From Pirellula staleyi DSM 6068 (GTDB taxonomy: Bacteria > Planctomycetota > Planctomycetia > Pirellulales > Pirellulaceae): 32,000 bases of DNA. The stretch spans positions 5,610,001 through 5,642,000 of the forward strand of contig CP001848.1 in NCBI GenBank assembly GCA_000025185.1. Reading direction: 5' to 3'. The notes under the pieces were generated by a model. It saw nothing but the letters and a program-made list of their open reading frames with translations. It had not been told where the DNA came from and did not search any database. Below, piece by piece: positions 1 through 8,739 of this stretch; the first letter of the stretch is position 1, and the number at the start of each line of letters is the position of its first letter. The position numbers and the translations under genes were made by a program.

Positions 1-1384
1 AATAGCCCATTTGCACGGGCTCAATATCGGTGTAGCCGGCATCGTGTAAGCGCCGCTTCAAACGCTCGACCTCTAGCTTTTCAGCTCGACTCAAACGCTC
101 GACATCATACTGCCGAATCTCTTCGTGCTCGGCTTGAAAACCGGCAAATGCTGCGTAGATATCGTCGGGGGATAGATCCTCAAGATCCGCAGTAAACGCG
201 TAGGTTAATGGTCCCGCGATTCCGAGATTGCTATACACACGCTCGTCCCCATCAACCGTCACGCTGTAATGAAAGCGAAACAGATAGCAGGGAACTTCGT
301 CGTTGTAGCCGGGCCAAAACTGCGTGCGATGATCGAGCAGTTCCAGCCGCGCAGGAGGGAGACCAAACTGCGTCGGCTCGGCAAGCCAGACAGCGAGTTC
401 TGCTTCAGCGCGCGCTGTGCCGCTCTGATGTTCCGGCTCAATTTTATCGAGTAGCCCAAGCTCTTCCGCATAAGCAATCACGCGCAGTCGAGCCACGGGT
501 TCAGCTGCGAGTTCTGTCAGGTACTTAATCCCCTGCTCATCCCCCAGCTTGGCCAGCGCCGCAGCCGCTTCGGTTTTCAGGCGACGATGGGCCAGGTCGT
601 GCACCTGGTAGAGTTTGGGGATCGCCGCTTCACTGCCGATTTGTGCCACCGCATCGCAGAGCGAGACGAGCAGCGCGACACTGCTGGCCACTTTGCGGCT
701 GAGATCGATCGCACCTGTGGCGTGCTGATCGGGGCGTTCTTCGAGCATCGAGAGGCTCGCGGTCATCTCCCCCAGCAGATGAATCAGCTGCACGCCACGA
801 TCGGCTGCAGGATGCTCGCTCACCACATTTTCGCGCGTCAGGTAGTTGGCTAAATCGAGGACTGCCGCTGCCACCGGCGCGTGCGAAAGCGCGTCGAGCA
901 AACGGGGAAATAGCAGTTCGGGTCGAATGCTGCGCTTACGAAACAGCGGGCTCATGGCCCGCGCCAAATCGTTATCGCTGGCAGGCGGGTCGCTCACAAG
1001 CAATTCCACTGCCGACTCAATCGCGGCATCGCTGGCGGTGAGGGTGAGCGCCGCCAGAAGATCGGCTCGCGCGCTCGAACCACTCCCAAGTTGCTCGTAG
1101 AGCGACGAAATCGCAGGGACTTCGTCATCCGAGAGGGGCTCGACATTCTTCGCTGCCGTCCGCCACCGCTGAACCAGTTCGCCAGCCGCCTGTCGCAGCA
1201 GCGCATCGGCTGGCGGCGAGAGTGGCATGTCGAGGCTCGCCACTTCAAACCAGAAGAGCAGGCGCTCACTCGCCGGCGCATCGGCCAGCCAATTGCTGCG
1301 GCGCACGCGCTTTGCCAGTTCAGCCGACGACAATTGACTTGCCGTTTTGAGATCGATCACCAGTGCTTGAAGTCGCTCGTCCAT
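1..1384 (-). CDS. Hypothetical protein with HEAT/PBS-lyase-like repeat; partial, with the 3' end beyond the left window edge
   Basis: Absent from the ORF track because it has no stop codon inside the window. Manual reverse translation starts at ATG 1384..1382, with an in-frame TAA at 1393..1391 just upstream. It gives an uninterrupted frame of about 461 codons: MDERLQALVIDLKTASQLSSAELAKRVRR...AIPKLYQVHDLAHRRLKTEAAAALAKLGDEQGIKYLTELAAEP... The latter segment resembles HEAT-type repeats. Function not recognised. Confidence 0.6.
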   Translation of the reverse strand, partial: MDERLQALVIDLKTASQLSSAELAKRVRRSNWLADAPASERLLFWFEVASLDMPLSPPADALLRQAAGELVQRWRTAAKNVEPLSDDEVPAISSLYEQLGSGSSARADLLAALTLTASDAAIESAVELLVSDPPASDNDLARAMSPLFRKRSIRPELLFPRLLDALSHAPVAAAVLDLANYLTRENVVSEHPAADRGVQLIHLLGEMTASLSMLEERPDQHATGAIDLSRKVASSVALLVSLCDAVAQIGSEAAIPKLYQVHDLAHRRLKTEAAAALAKLGDEQGIKYLTELAAEPVARLRVIAYAEELGLLDKIEPEHQSGTARAEAELAVWLAEPTQFGLPPARLELLDHRTQFWPGYNDEVPCYLFRFHYSVTVDGDERVYSNLGIAGPLTYAFTADLEDLSPDDIYAAFAGFQAEHEEIRQYDVERLSRAEKLEVERLKRRLHDAGYTDIEPVQMGY

Positions 1385-1646
1385 AGCCCCTTATCGTAAC
1401 GTTTTTTGGCGAAAAACGGAGGGGCAAGTAGCAGGAATGAACCAGCTGCCGCAAGAGTTCGGCAAGTTCGCTGGCGTGGAAGAAAAAGTGATCTTATCGG
1501 GCAAGAAACGAACAAAGCCGCGAGGGTCAGACAAGAAGTCGACACTCGCGGCTCGGAGAGGTTGAACGATCGGTTCCGGCCCAGCTGGAGTCGCCTCGCA
1601 AAAAAGCGGGACGACTGGAGTGGAGGAACCAGGAGCGGCAGATCGC

Positions 1647-3002
1647 TTAGAGCGAGTAGCCGTTCTTCATTTCTGGCTTCACGATGCTGGCAACTTCGGG
1701 AGCGTTGGTAGCGGTGAGGTTCGCCGCATCCCATTCGATCTTCTTGCCAACCACATCGCCTTGGGCCTTCTTCTTCTCGGGGTCTTGTTCGCCAGCGGCG
1801 GCCCAGACAGCGAGGTTACCCAGCAGCACGGTCTCGGTGAGAGGTGCAGCGTAGTTCGGGAAGTTCGACATGGCCGACTCGCCACCCTTGATAGCGGCAA
1901 CCCATTCTTCGAAGTGGCCAGGCGACTTCTTGTATTCCACTTCAGGCTTGGTGATACCACCGAGCATTTGCAGACCACGTTCGGCGTAATCACCAGGAGC
2001 GTAGAGAGCTCCCTTTTCGCCGATCACGAGGCAGCCGCTCGAATCGATCTTGGCACCTTGGAAGAGGGCTGGATCGGGCTTCTTACCACCGTCGTACCAC
2101 ATGAACGTGAGGGCAGCGCGGCCGTTACGTTCGGGGAACTTGTAGTCGATGACCGACCACGATGGGAAGGTTTCCATGTTGTGGCCTGAAGTGGTGGCCT
2201 GCACGCTGACAGGATCACGCAGATCGAGCGCCATGAATGGCATGTTTAGAGTATGGCAAGCCATATCTCCGAGTGCGCCGGTGCCGAAAGCCCACCAACC
2301 ACGCCACTTGAAGGGGTGATAGACAGGGTTGTAAGGACGGTTTTCGACAGGGCCGACGAATTCTGGCCAGTGCACGTGCGATGGGCATTCTGGGGTGTCG
2401 GTTGGCTTGTCGATACCTTGAGGCCACACAGGACGATTCGTCCAAACGTGAACTTCCTTGATGGTGCCGAGCACGCCGCTCTTCACCACAGCTGCTGCTT
2501 CGCGCAGCGAGTTCGAGGCGGTCCCTTGGTTACCCATTTGGGTCGCGACTTTGTTGTCCTTGGCGAGTTGGCCGAGAACGCGAGCTTCGTGCAAGCTCTT
2601 GGTGAGTGGCTTCTGGATGAAGCAGTGCTTGCCGAGTTTCATCGCGGCAGCGCCGATCACGCCGTGGCAGTGATCAGGGGTGCTGACCGTGATGGCGTCG
2701 ATGCTCTTGCCCATCTCGTCGAGCATCTTGCGGTAGTCGTTGTACTTCTTGGCATCGGTGAAGCGCGTCGCAGCTTTGGCGAGGCTTTGATCGTCGATGT
2801 CGCAGATGGCAACCATGTTGCCCGAGCGGCCTGCATCGGCCGAGTCGCTGCTACCTTTGCCATTCACACCGACCGAGGCAAAGTTGATGGTCTCGTTGGC
2901 CGAGCGGCTTTCGCGGGGCGATACGCCACCAGCCACCCAAAATCCAACACCCAGCGCAGCGGTCGTCTGCATAAAGCGACGACGATTGGTTCCACGACTC
3001 AT
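1647..3002 (-). CDS. Gfo/Idh/MocA-family oxidoreductase with twin-arginine (Tat) signal peptide
   Basis: ORF 1647..3032. I prefer the ATG at 3002, which is preceded by AAGGAG about 7 nt upstream. The N-terminus MSRGTNRRRFMQTTAALGVGFWVAG is a Tat-type signal. The Rossmann region is ...FASVGVNGKGSSD...AICDID...ITVSTPDHCH... The family is typical of planctomycetes. Confidence 0.9.
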   Translation of the reverse strand: MSRGTNRRRFMQTTAALGVGFWVAGGVSPRESRSANETINFASVGVNGKGSSDSADAGRSGNMVAICDIDDQSLAKAATRFTDAKKYNDYRKMLDEMGKSIDAITVSTPDHCHGVIGAAAMKLGKHCFIQKPLTKSLHEARVLGQLAKDNKVATQMGNQGTASNSLREAAAVVKSGVLGTIKEVHVWTNRPVWPQGIDKPTDTPECPSHVHWPEFVGPVENRPYNPVYHPFKWRGWWAFGTGALGDMACHTLNMPFMALDLRDPVSVQATTSGHNMETFPSWSVIDYKFPERNGRAALTFMWYDGGKKPDPALFQGAKIDSSGCLVIGEKGALYAPGDYAERGLQMLGGITKPEVEYKKSPGHFEEWVAAIKGGESAMSNFPNYAAPLTETVLLGNLAVWAAAGEQDPEKKKAQGDVVGKKIEWDAANLTATNAPEVASIVKPEMKNGYSL

Positions 3003-3493
3003 CAAGCAATCTCCTTCTGAAGTTGGTAACACCCAGCGTGTTGCTCCGCGGCTCTTCGCTGGGTGTAGTCGTCAATCAAGTTCGAGTAGACATGTAGAAT
3101 GAAGACCGGCGGACTGGCGATCAGGAAGGACCGCATCGACCGACGGCCGCATGAAGCGAGTTTGTCAGTCGTAACGAGCCTTGGGGACCAATCAACTGCC
3201 ACTTGTGCCAACGAGCATCGTAGGTCTACGCGACACTGAGATTGACGTTTGGGCGGCTAGTCCGGCCTTGTCTTCGGAAGCGTCAGAGTATCGCATACGC
3301 TGACGGTTTTCAAACGGCTCGGCAAAAAAAGCCGAAAAACCGGTACCACCCAGCCATACTGCATGGAGTTTGAGCTGAAAGAAAGAACCCCAAGCGGGTG
3401 CAGGAAACAGCAACTCGTCTGCAAGGGAACTACTGCAGTCAATTCCCTTGCCTCTCGCCCCTATCTCTCCCCCGGAGCTGCGCTCCGAGTGGT

Positions 3494-3895
3494 TCAGCTT
3501 CCCGCTTCTTCCAGCACTTCTTCGGCGACATAGATCGGTAGCGGTGGATCGGTGGCCATCGCCACCGCAATGGCGTCGCTGGGGCGGGAATCGATTTCGA
3601 CGAGCTCACCATCTACCCGCACTCGCAGCTTGGCGTAGTAGATGTGTTCCTTCAGATCGCTGATCACCACGCTATCCAGGGTTCCCCCTAGTTGCTCGAT
3701 CGCATTTACCAGTAATTCGTGGGTCCGGGGGCGCGGCGAGCGCATTCGCTGAGCACCACTCTTGATGCTCTGCGCTTCGAAGATGCCGATCAGAATCGGG
3801 AACTGACGCTCGCCATCGACTTCCTTCAGATAAATCACCTGCTGCTCGTTGATCTCGCTGATAATGATCCGCGACAGCTGCATTTGCACAGGCAT
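3494..3895 (-). CDS. Bifunctional nuclease (BFN/DUF151) family protein
   Basis: 133-aa ORF. ...IISEINEQQVIYLKEVDGERQFPILIGIFEAQSI...PRPRTHELLVNAIEQLGGTLDSVVISDLKEHIYYAKL...IDSRPSDAIAVA... matches the conserved core of the DUF151/BFN family. Confidence 0.85.
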   Translation of the reverse strand: MPVQMQLSRIIISEINEQQVIYLKEVDGERQFPILIGIFEAQSIKSGAQRMRSPRPRTHELLVNAIEQLGGTLDSVVISDLKEHIYYAKLRVRVDGELVEIDSRPSDAIAVAMATDPPLPIYVAEEVLEEAGS

Positions 3896-4024
3896 GGTAG
3901 GAATCTCAAGAGGCCCAGGGGGAAGCGACTTTTAGTATAGCTGCTGGGAAGGAAGGGAAAGCCCAAGGGAAGTGGCAGTGCGAGAAAAACATCGCGCTGC
4001 AAGGGAAATACGGCCTGACATCCT

Positions 4025-4732
4025 TTACGAGGCTCCCCGCTTCTCCTCGGCAGCACTCAGCCGCAGATAGCGAGGAGCGAGGGCCCAAACGTCGTCGAAT
4101 GCCTCGTGCTGGGCTCGCTCCCATGCCAAACGCCCTAGCTCGAGCGCCGAGGGAGACCAGTACTGCTCCTCGACCAGCACAACATCTTCGGGAAGCTTCT
4201 TCACGATCTTCGTAAGTCCCCGCCCAGCAACCCATTGCCACTTTTCCAGCAACGCCAGCCAGACGGCTCCTGAAAGAAGATCGGTCTCTCCTAACTGCTT
4301 CCACTGCGGCAATTTGCCGCTGCTGTCGACCACGAACTTTCCCGCAAACAGGTCGCCACGCTGGGCGTCGAGCACCACGTGCAAAATGGTGGCGGGGTCG
4401 GAACTCACCGGCACACCCCGGGCAATCACTTGCAGCGTGTCGACAGCCACCACTCGCGCCCCGGTGGCCCAGGCAAACACCTTGGCAGCGGTGATTCCGA
4501 CACGCAGCCCGGTGAACGAGCCGGGACCGATCGAAACAGCCACTACGTCGATCTGGGAGGGCTCCACAGCTGCTTCGCCGAGCAGTTTGTCGATGGCGGG
4601 GTGGATGCCACGGGCACTTCGCATCGCGGAGGGAACCTCCACCAGCAACTCACTGCCCCCCGCGCTCATAGGATCGTGTAGCACAGCCACACTCGCCCCG
4701 ATATCTGAACTTTCGATGGCCAAAATTCTCAC
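4025..4732 (-). CDS. tsaB: tRNA threonylcarbamoyladenosine (t6A) biosynthesis protein TsaB
   Basis: The ORF track gives 4025..4900. Family-typical sequence starts at GTG 4732 (VRILAIESSDIGASVAVL...). It carries the hallmark ...VAVSIGPGSFTGLRVGITAAKVFAWATGARVVAVDTL... The resulting 235 aa fits TsaB/YeaZ length. Confidence 0.85.
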   Translation of the reverse strand: MRILAIESSDIGASVAVLHDPMSAGGSELLVEVPSAMRSARGIHPAIDKLLGEAAVEPSQIDVVAVSIGPGSFTGLRVGITAAKVFAWATGARVVAVDTLQVIARGVPVSSDPATILHVVLDAQRGDLFAGKFVVDSSGKLPQWKQLGETDLLSGAVWLALLEKWQWVAGRGLTKIVKKLPEDVVLVEEQYWSPSALELGRLAWERAQHEAFDDVWALAPRYLRLSAAEEKRGAS

Positions 4733-4960
4733 GCGTGGTCTCTCACGATACGATGAAGTCGCTAGATGCTGCGTAGCAAGGGGCTTGTTTGTCGCTACAA
4801 TCACTACTACCCTCCCCTGCTTCGCCTTGACCAAACCTAAAGCCAGTCCTAGACTTTTTCGCGGTTTGGCGGATGTGGATCGCGGACGTACGCACCCCAC
4901 GAGCAGACACTCTTAGTTTACCAAGTCCAACCGACTTCTTATGTCTCCAAGGTGTGTGGC

Positions 4961-5713
4961 GTGAAGCGTGCCCTGATCAGCGATATCCATGCCAACTGGG
5001 AAGCACTGAAAGTGGTGCTCGATGATATCCGTGCCCACGGCATCAAAGAAATCTTTTGCCTCGGCGATATCGTCGGCTATGGCCCCAATCCATGCCAATG
5101 CCTCGACGAGATTATTGCCAAAAGCAAAATTACGATCCTGGGGAACCACGATCAAGCCACGCTGTTTGATCCCGATGGCTTCAATCCCGTTGCTCTGCGG
5201 GCGGTCTACTGGACTCGGCAGCAACTAGAAGAAGGCCCTGGCACGCCCGCCGTTCGCAACAGACGCTGGGATTTCCTGGGCGAACTTCACCGGACTCACA
5301 CCGAGGGTGACTATCTGTTCGTCCATGGCAGCCCACGCGAGCCAACGAACGAATACATCTTCCCCGAAGACATCTATAACCAGCGAAAAATGGATGCTCA
5401 GTTCGGCCGCATCCAAAAATACTGCTTCCAAGGGCACACGCATTTGCCCGGCATTTTTACGTCGGACTACCGCTTTGTTCCGCCGGAAGATTGCAACTAC
5501 ACCTACCGCTTGCCCGACGAAAAAACGCTCGTGAATGTCGGTAGTGTTGGTCAGCCTCGCGATGGCGATAACCGCGCTTGCTACACCATTTTGGAAGATG
5601 GCGTGGTGACGTTCCGACGGCTCGACTACCCGGTCGAAGAGACCCGGCGCAAGATCTACGAGATCCCCGAACTCGACAACATGCTCGGCGATCGCTTGCT
5701 GGCGGGCCGATAG
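4961..5713 (+). CDS. Metallophosphoesterase (calcineurin-like) family protein, paralogue 1
   Basis: Motifs [28 protein letters not shown] and QGHTH are present. The start is GTG 4961 ([10 protein letters not shown]) or GTG 4952, chosen by analogy with the paralogue. Confidence 0.85.
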   Translation: MKRALISDIHANWEALKVVLDDIRAHGIKEIFCLGDIVGYGPNPCQCLDEIIAKSKITILGNHDQATLFDPDGFNPVALRAVYWTRQQLEEGPGTPAVRNRRWDFLGELHRTHTEGDYLFVHGSPREPTNEYIFPEDIYNQRKMDAQFGRIQKYCFQGHTHLPGIFTSDYRFVPPEDCNYTYRLPDEKTLVNVGSVGQPRDGDNRACYTILEDGVVTFRRLDYPVEETRRKIYEIPELDNMLGDRLLAGR

Positions 5714-5840
5714 CATTTGCGCTGCACAGGCAACTGTGAGGGTGGCAGAACCGCAATCTCTGTGGAATAATCGCTATCCAGTCATCGCAGACGACGAATG
5801 TCGGTTCGACCTCTCCCCTTCCTCAGGCGGCAGATCACGC

Positions 5841-6590
5841 GTGAAACGAGCGATAGTTAGCGATATCCACGGCAACATCGACGCGCTGCAAGCCGTCCTG
5901 GCCGACATCCAGAGTCAAGAGTGCGACAGCATCTACTGCCTCGGCGATATCGTGGGCTATGGTCCTAATCCGCGCGAATGCGTCGATGAGGTGATGAAAT
6001 TCCAGCTCGCCATCCTCGGAAATCACGACCAGGGAGCGCTCTACGATCCTGAAGGGTTCAGCAGCGGCGCGGAACGGGCTATTTTCTGGACCCGGCAGCA
6101 ACTCGAAATGGATTGCGGCCAGCCCGACCAAACGCAGAAGCGCTGGAATTTTCTGAGCGAACTCCCCCGCACGCATCGTGAGGGACCATTCACGTTCGTG
6201 CACGGCAGTGTTCGCAACCCGCTCAACGAGTACGTCTTCCCCGAGGATGTCTACAACACGCGAAAACTCGAGCGCATCTTTGCCCTCGTCGAGCGCTACT
6301 GCTTTCAAGGGCACACGCACGTTCCAGGTGTTTTCACCGAGGATGGACGTTTTTTCCGCCCCGACGATTGCCAAATGAAGTTTCCGCTGCAGAACCAAAA
6401 ACTGATGTGCAACGTGGGGAGCGTCGGACAGCCGCGGGATGGCAACCCGAACAGCTGCTACGTCATCCTCACCGACACGCACATCGAGTTCCGGCGGGTG
6501 GCCTACCCCATCGAGAAAACAATGGCGAAGATTCACGCCGTAGCCGAACTCGACCCCTTCTTGGCCGAGCGACTCAAAGAGGGGAAATAG
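5841..6590 (+). CDS. Metallophosphoesterase (calcineurin-like) family protein, paralogue 2
   Basis: It has the same motif set: [33 protein letters not shown]. The ORF track starts at 5736, but the family-typical N-terminus VKRAIVSDIH begins at GTG 5841. It is collinear with paralogue 1 over its full length. Confidence 0.85.
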   Translation: MKRAIVSDIHGNIDALQAVLADIQSQECDSIYCLGDIVGYGPNPRECVDEVMKFQLAILGNHDQGALYDPEGFSSGAERAIFWTRQQLEMDCGQPDQTQKRWNFLSELPRTHREGPFTFVHGSVRNPLNEYVFPEDVYNTRKLERIFALVERYCFQGHTHVPGVFTEDGRFFRPDDCQMKFPLQNQKLMCNVGSVGQPRDGNPNSCYVILTDTHIEFRRVAYPIEKTMAKIHAVAELDPFLAERLKEGK

Positions 6591-6666
6591 TCCCCTTACG
6601 CTCTGAACTCTCTAGCCGACCGCTAGTCCCCAACCCGGGCAGATGCGGCACTCCGCCGAGCACCTC

Positions 6667-6689
6667 ACCAAGATAAAAACTTGGTTTTT
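6667..6689 (+). terminator. Candidate weak intrinsic terminator after metallophosphoesterase 2
   Basis: ACCAAG-ATAAAAA-CTTGGT forms a 6-bp stem followed by TTTT, about 77 nt downstream of the stop at 6590. The stem is short and AT-rich. Confidence 0.35.
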
Positions 6690-6921
6690 GGCTCTATTCC
6701 GAATTCCTTCAGTGTCGTATCTTGGAAGGACCTCTCCCAAATCGGCGGATGAGCGCACTCGCTCACCGCTCCCCTCCGAGTATTGCTTCCCACCGCAAGT
6801 TCAAACTGCCTACCGGCATGTTGTCCACCACTGGCAGGCTGCATGCAGCTTGTACTTTGTCGCACTGGGCCGGGCAAACTCATGCCATCATTCTTCGATT
6901 GTATTTGGGAGTCTTTTTCGC

Positions 6922-7860
6922 ATGCATTCCCCACAAGCATCACTTGAACGCGTTTCACGGCGCGGCTTTACGCTCGTCGAACTTTTGGTCGTCATTGCCA
7001 TCATCGGCGTCCTCGTAGCACTTCTGCTACCAGCCGTCCAAGCTGCCCGCGAGGCCGCCCGCCGTATGCAGTGCGGCAATAATCTCAAGCAACTCGGCCT
7101 GGCAATCCACAACTATCACGATACCACCAACCGACTTCCTCCTGGCGCTTTGTGGTACGAAACACGCGGCTCGATCCTCGTGCATATCTTGCCTTACATT
7201 GAACAACAAACCTTATACGACAAAATCGATTTTAAAATCGCTGTCGATAATCAAGTGGTCAATGGACAGGTGCTCGGGACTTATAAGATCAAAGGTTATA
7301 ACTGTCCCAGTGACACGGATTATATTTATAGCAACTCCACGGCCACTAACCTTGTCGGCGCGAGCTATGCAGCTAGTGCCGGAGCTCCCGGCATCACCAA
7401 CAACGGCGGCTGTAGCTGTAGCGCCGCTGTGTCGTGGAACAGCTATGCCCTGGCCGCCATCAACATGTCGTCTGGTCCCTTTCATCGTCGCAGCGGTATT
7501 GCCCCAGCAGAAAACTTCGCTGGCGTGACCGATGGACTCTCGAATACCATTTTCTTCGGTGAAACACGGGCCAAATGCAGCGACCATGCCCGCAACGGAT
7601 GGGCCTACTCCAACAACGGACAGGGGCTGATGACCACCGTAATTCCGATCAACACTAAAAGCTGCGACGATAACGCGACCGATGGCTGCAAGCGTCCGTG
7701 CAACTGGAACAACGAGTTTGGTTTTAAATCTTCGCACCCTGGTGTGTGTGGATTCTTAATGGGTGATGGCTCAGTTCACTTTGTCTCCGCAACGATTGAT
7801 CACTGGACCTATCAATACCTGGGCACCGTGAATGATGGCAAGGTCGCCACACTCCCTTAA
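6922..7860 (+). CDS. DUF1559 domain protein with prepilin-type N-terminal cleavage/methylation segment
   Basis: The ORF track starts at 6643, and I prefer ATG 6922. [67 protein letters not shown] is the canonical planctomycete DUF1559 N-terminus. The C-terminal ...[20 protein letters not shown]... motif is also present. Confidence 0.9.
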   Translation: MHSPQASLERVSRRGFTLVELLVVIAIIGVLVALLLPAVQAAREAARRMQCGNNLKQLGLAIHNYHDTTNRLPPGALWYETRGSILVHILPYIEQQTLYDKIDFKIAVDNQVVNGQVLGTYKIKGYNCPSDTDYIYSNSTATNLVGASYAASAGAPGITNNGGCSCSAAVSWNSYALAAINMSSGPFHRRSGIAPAENFAGVTDGLSNTIFFGETRAKCSDHARNGWAYSNNGQGLMTTVIPINTKSCDDNATDGCKRPCNWNNEFGFKSSHPGVCGFLMGDGSVHFVSATIDHWTYQYLGTVNDGKVATLP

Positions 7861-7948
7861 ATTTACAATCCTCTCCAATTACCAGTGGCAATCATGAAGG
7901 CCATCTTCTAATGCCACGTCAGCTACGCTAACTGCGAATTGGAATGGA

Positions 7949-8449
7949 ATGTCTGCAGGAAAAATCATGACTCGCATGGTTCGATTGTTCCACTCGATGA
8001 CCACACGCTTGCTGCATGGATATTTTGGGCTCTGGCTCATCGGCATGATGCTCGTTGGCTGCGGCGGCGGAGTGAAGGCGGTCCCCGTAACCGGTGTTGT
8101 CACCCTGAACGGCCAACCGGTGGTGGGAGCTGGCGTGAACTTCAGTCCAGCCGACGGCCAAGGAGTGCCATCGCTGGCGTCGACCGACGAGCAAGGCCGA
8201 TTTGTGCTGATGACCAGCACCGACGAGGTCGGGGCGATGCCGGGCAGGCACCGGGTGACTGTCTACCACGCCCAGTTCGTCAACGCCCCCACCGCCGACG
8301 CTCAAGGGAATCTAGGGGAGGCACCCCCGCAAGGAATCCAAACGATTTGGTTAGTTCCGGAAAGGTATTCGAAGTTCGATACCAGCGGGCTGGCGGTCGA
8401 AGTCGCTCCCGGAATGCCCGAAGTGCAGCTGCAGCTCACCAGCCCCTAA
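7949..8449 (+). CDS. Small lipoprotein with carboxypeptidase-regulatory-like beta domain, the usual DUF1559 partner
   Basis: Lipobox ...LWLIGMMLVGCGGG is followed by VPVTGVVTLNGQPVVGAGVNFSP...STDEQGRFVL...GRHRVTVY. The start is uncertain: ATG at 7949, 7967 or 7997 all keep the signal peptide. Confidence 0.7.
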   Translation: MSAGKIMTRMVRLFHSMTTRLLHGYFGLWLIGMMLVGCGGGVKAVPVTGVVTLNGQPVVGAGVNFSPADGQGVPSLASTDEQGRFVLMTSTDEVGAMPGRHRVTVYHAQFVNAPTADAQGNLGEAPPQGIQTIWLVPERYSKFDTSGLAVEVAPGMPEVQLQLTSP

Positions 8450-8739
8450 AGACCACAACCATCGACAGGCAAACAACTTAGCCACTGGAATGCCGAGCTT
8501 TCTGAACTCCCACGGCAAGATTGCTGGCTCGCGAGCGAAGCTTCTCTTTGACCGTATCGTGCCGAAAAAAGGGGCGGCTAGCCTGCTCCTAAGCTCCCGC
8601 CGTTCTGCACCGCACTTGCACATTACTCCCTGTGGCGGACAATAGCGGGATTGTCTGTATTTCGCTCATGCCGCACGCCCTCCGACTCTTTTCCAGGGTT
8701 CAGGTTCGGGTGGCCTAGTCCTGGAGGCACCGGCCCCCT

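Noticed and set aside
3419-4007. An 11-bp direct repeat CTGCAAGGGAA flanks the BFN nuclease gene (3419..3429 and 3997..4007), which looked like possible target-site duplication of an inserted gene.
   Set aside because: Exact 11-mer repeats are expected many times by chance in 32 kb. There are no terminal inverted repeats and no recombinase, and the BFN gene composition matches its neighbours.
5225-6536. Minus-strand ORFs 5225..5716 (163 aa) and 5835..6536 (233 aa).
   Set aside because: They are antisense shadows of the two metallophosphoesterase genes, whose plus-strand translations carry complete catalytic motif sets.
6838-6849. Perfect palindromes GCTGCATGCAGC upstream of the DUF1559 gene and TTATCGATAA at 16806..16815 upstream of the apgM-like gene were considered as candidate operators.
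   Set aside because: Palindromes with 5-6-bp arms are expected several to dozens of times by chance in a window of this size, and there is no supporting evidence.
6643-6921. Long N-terminal extensions proposed by the ORF track, including 6643 for DUF1559. Similar extensions occur at 4900, 15462, 18570, 22438, 23695, 25566, 26839, 29315 and 30544.
   Set aside because: In each case an internal start yields the family-typical N-terminus or a proper signal peptide. The upstream extension has non-protein-like composition. I therefore treat these extensions as artefacts of calling the longest ORF.
8490-8645. A small 51-codon ORF (MPSFLNSHGKIAGSRAKLLFDRIVPKKG...) upstream of yidC was considered as rnpA, yidD or rpmH.
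   Set aside because: It does not resemble YidD (no Cys-containing PTCS/HP motifs), RnpA or L34. It has no RBS and poor coding composition.
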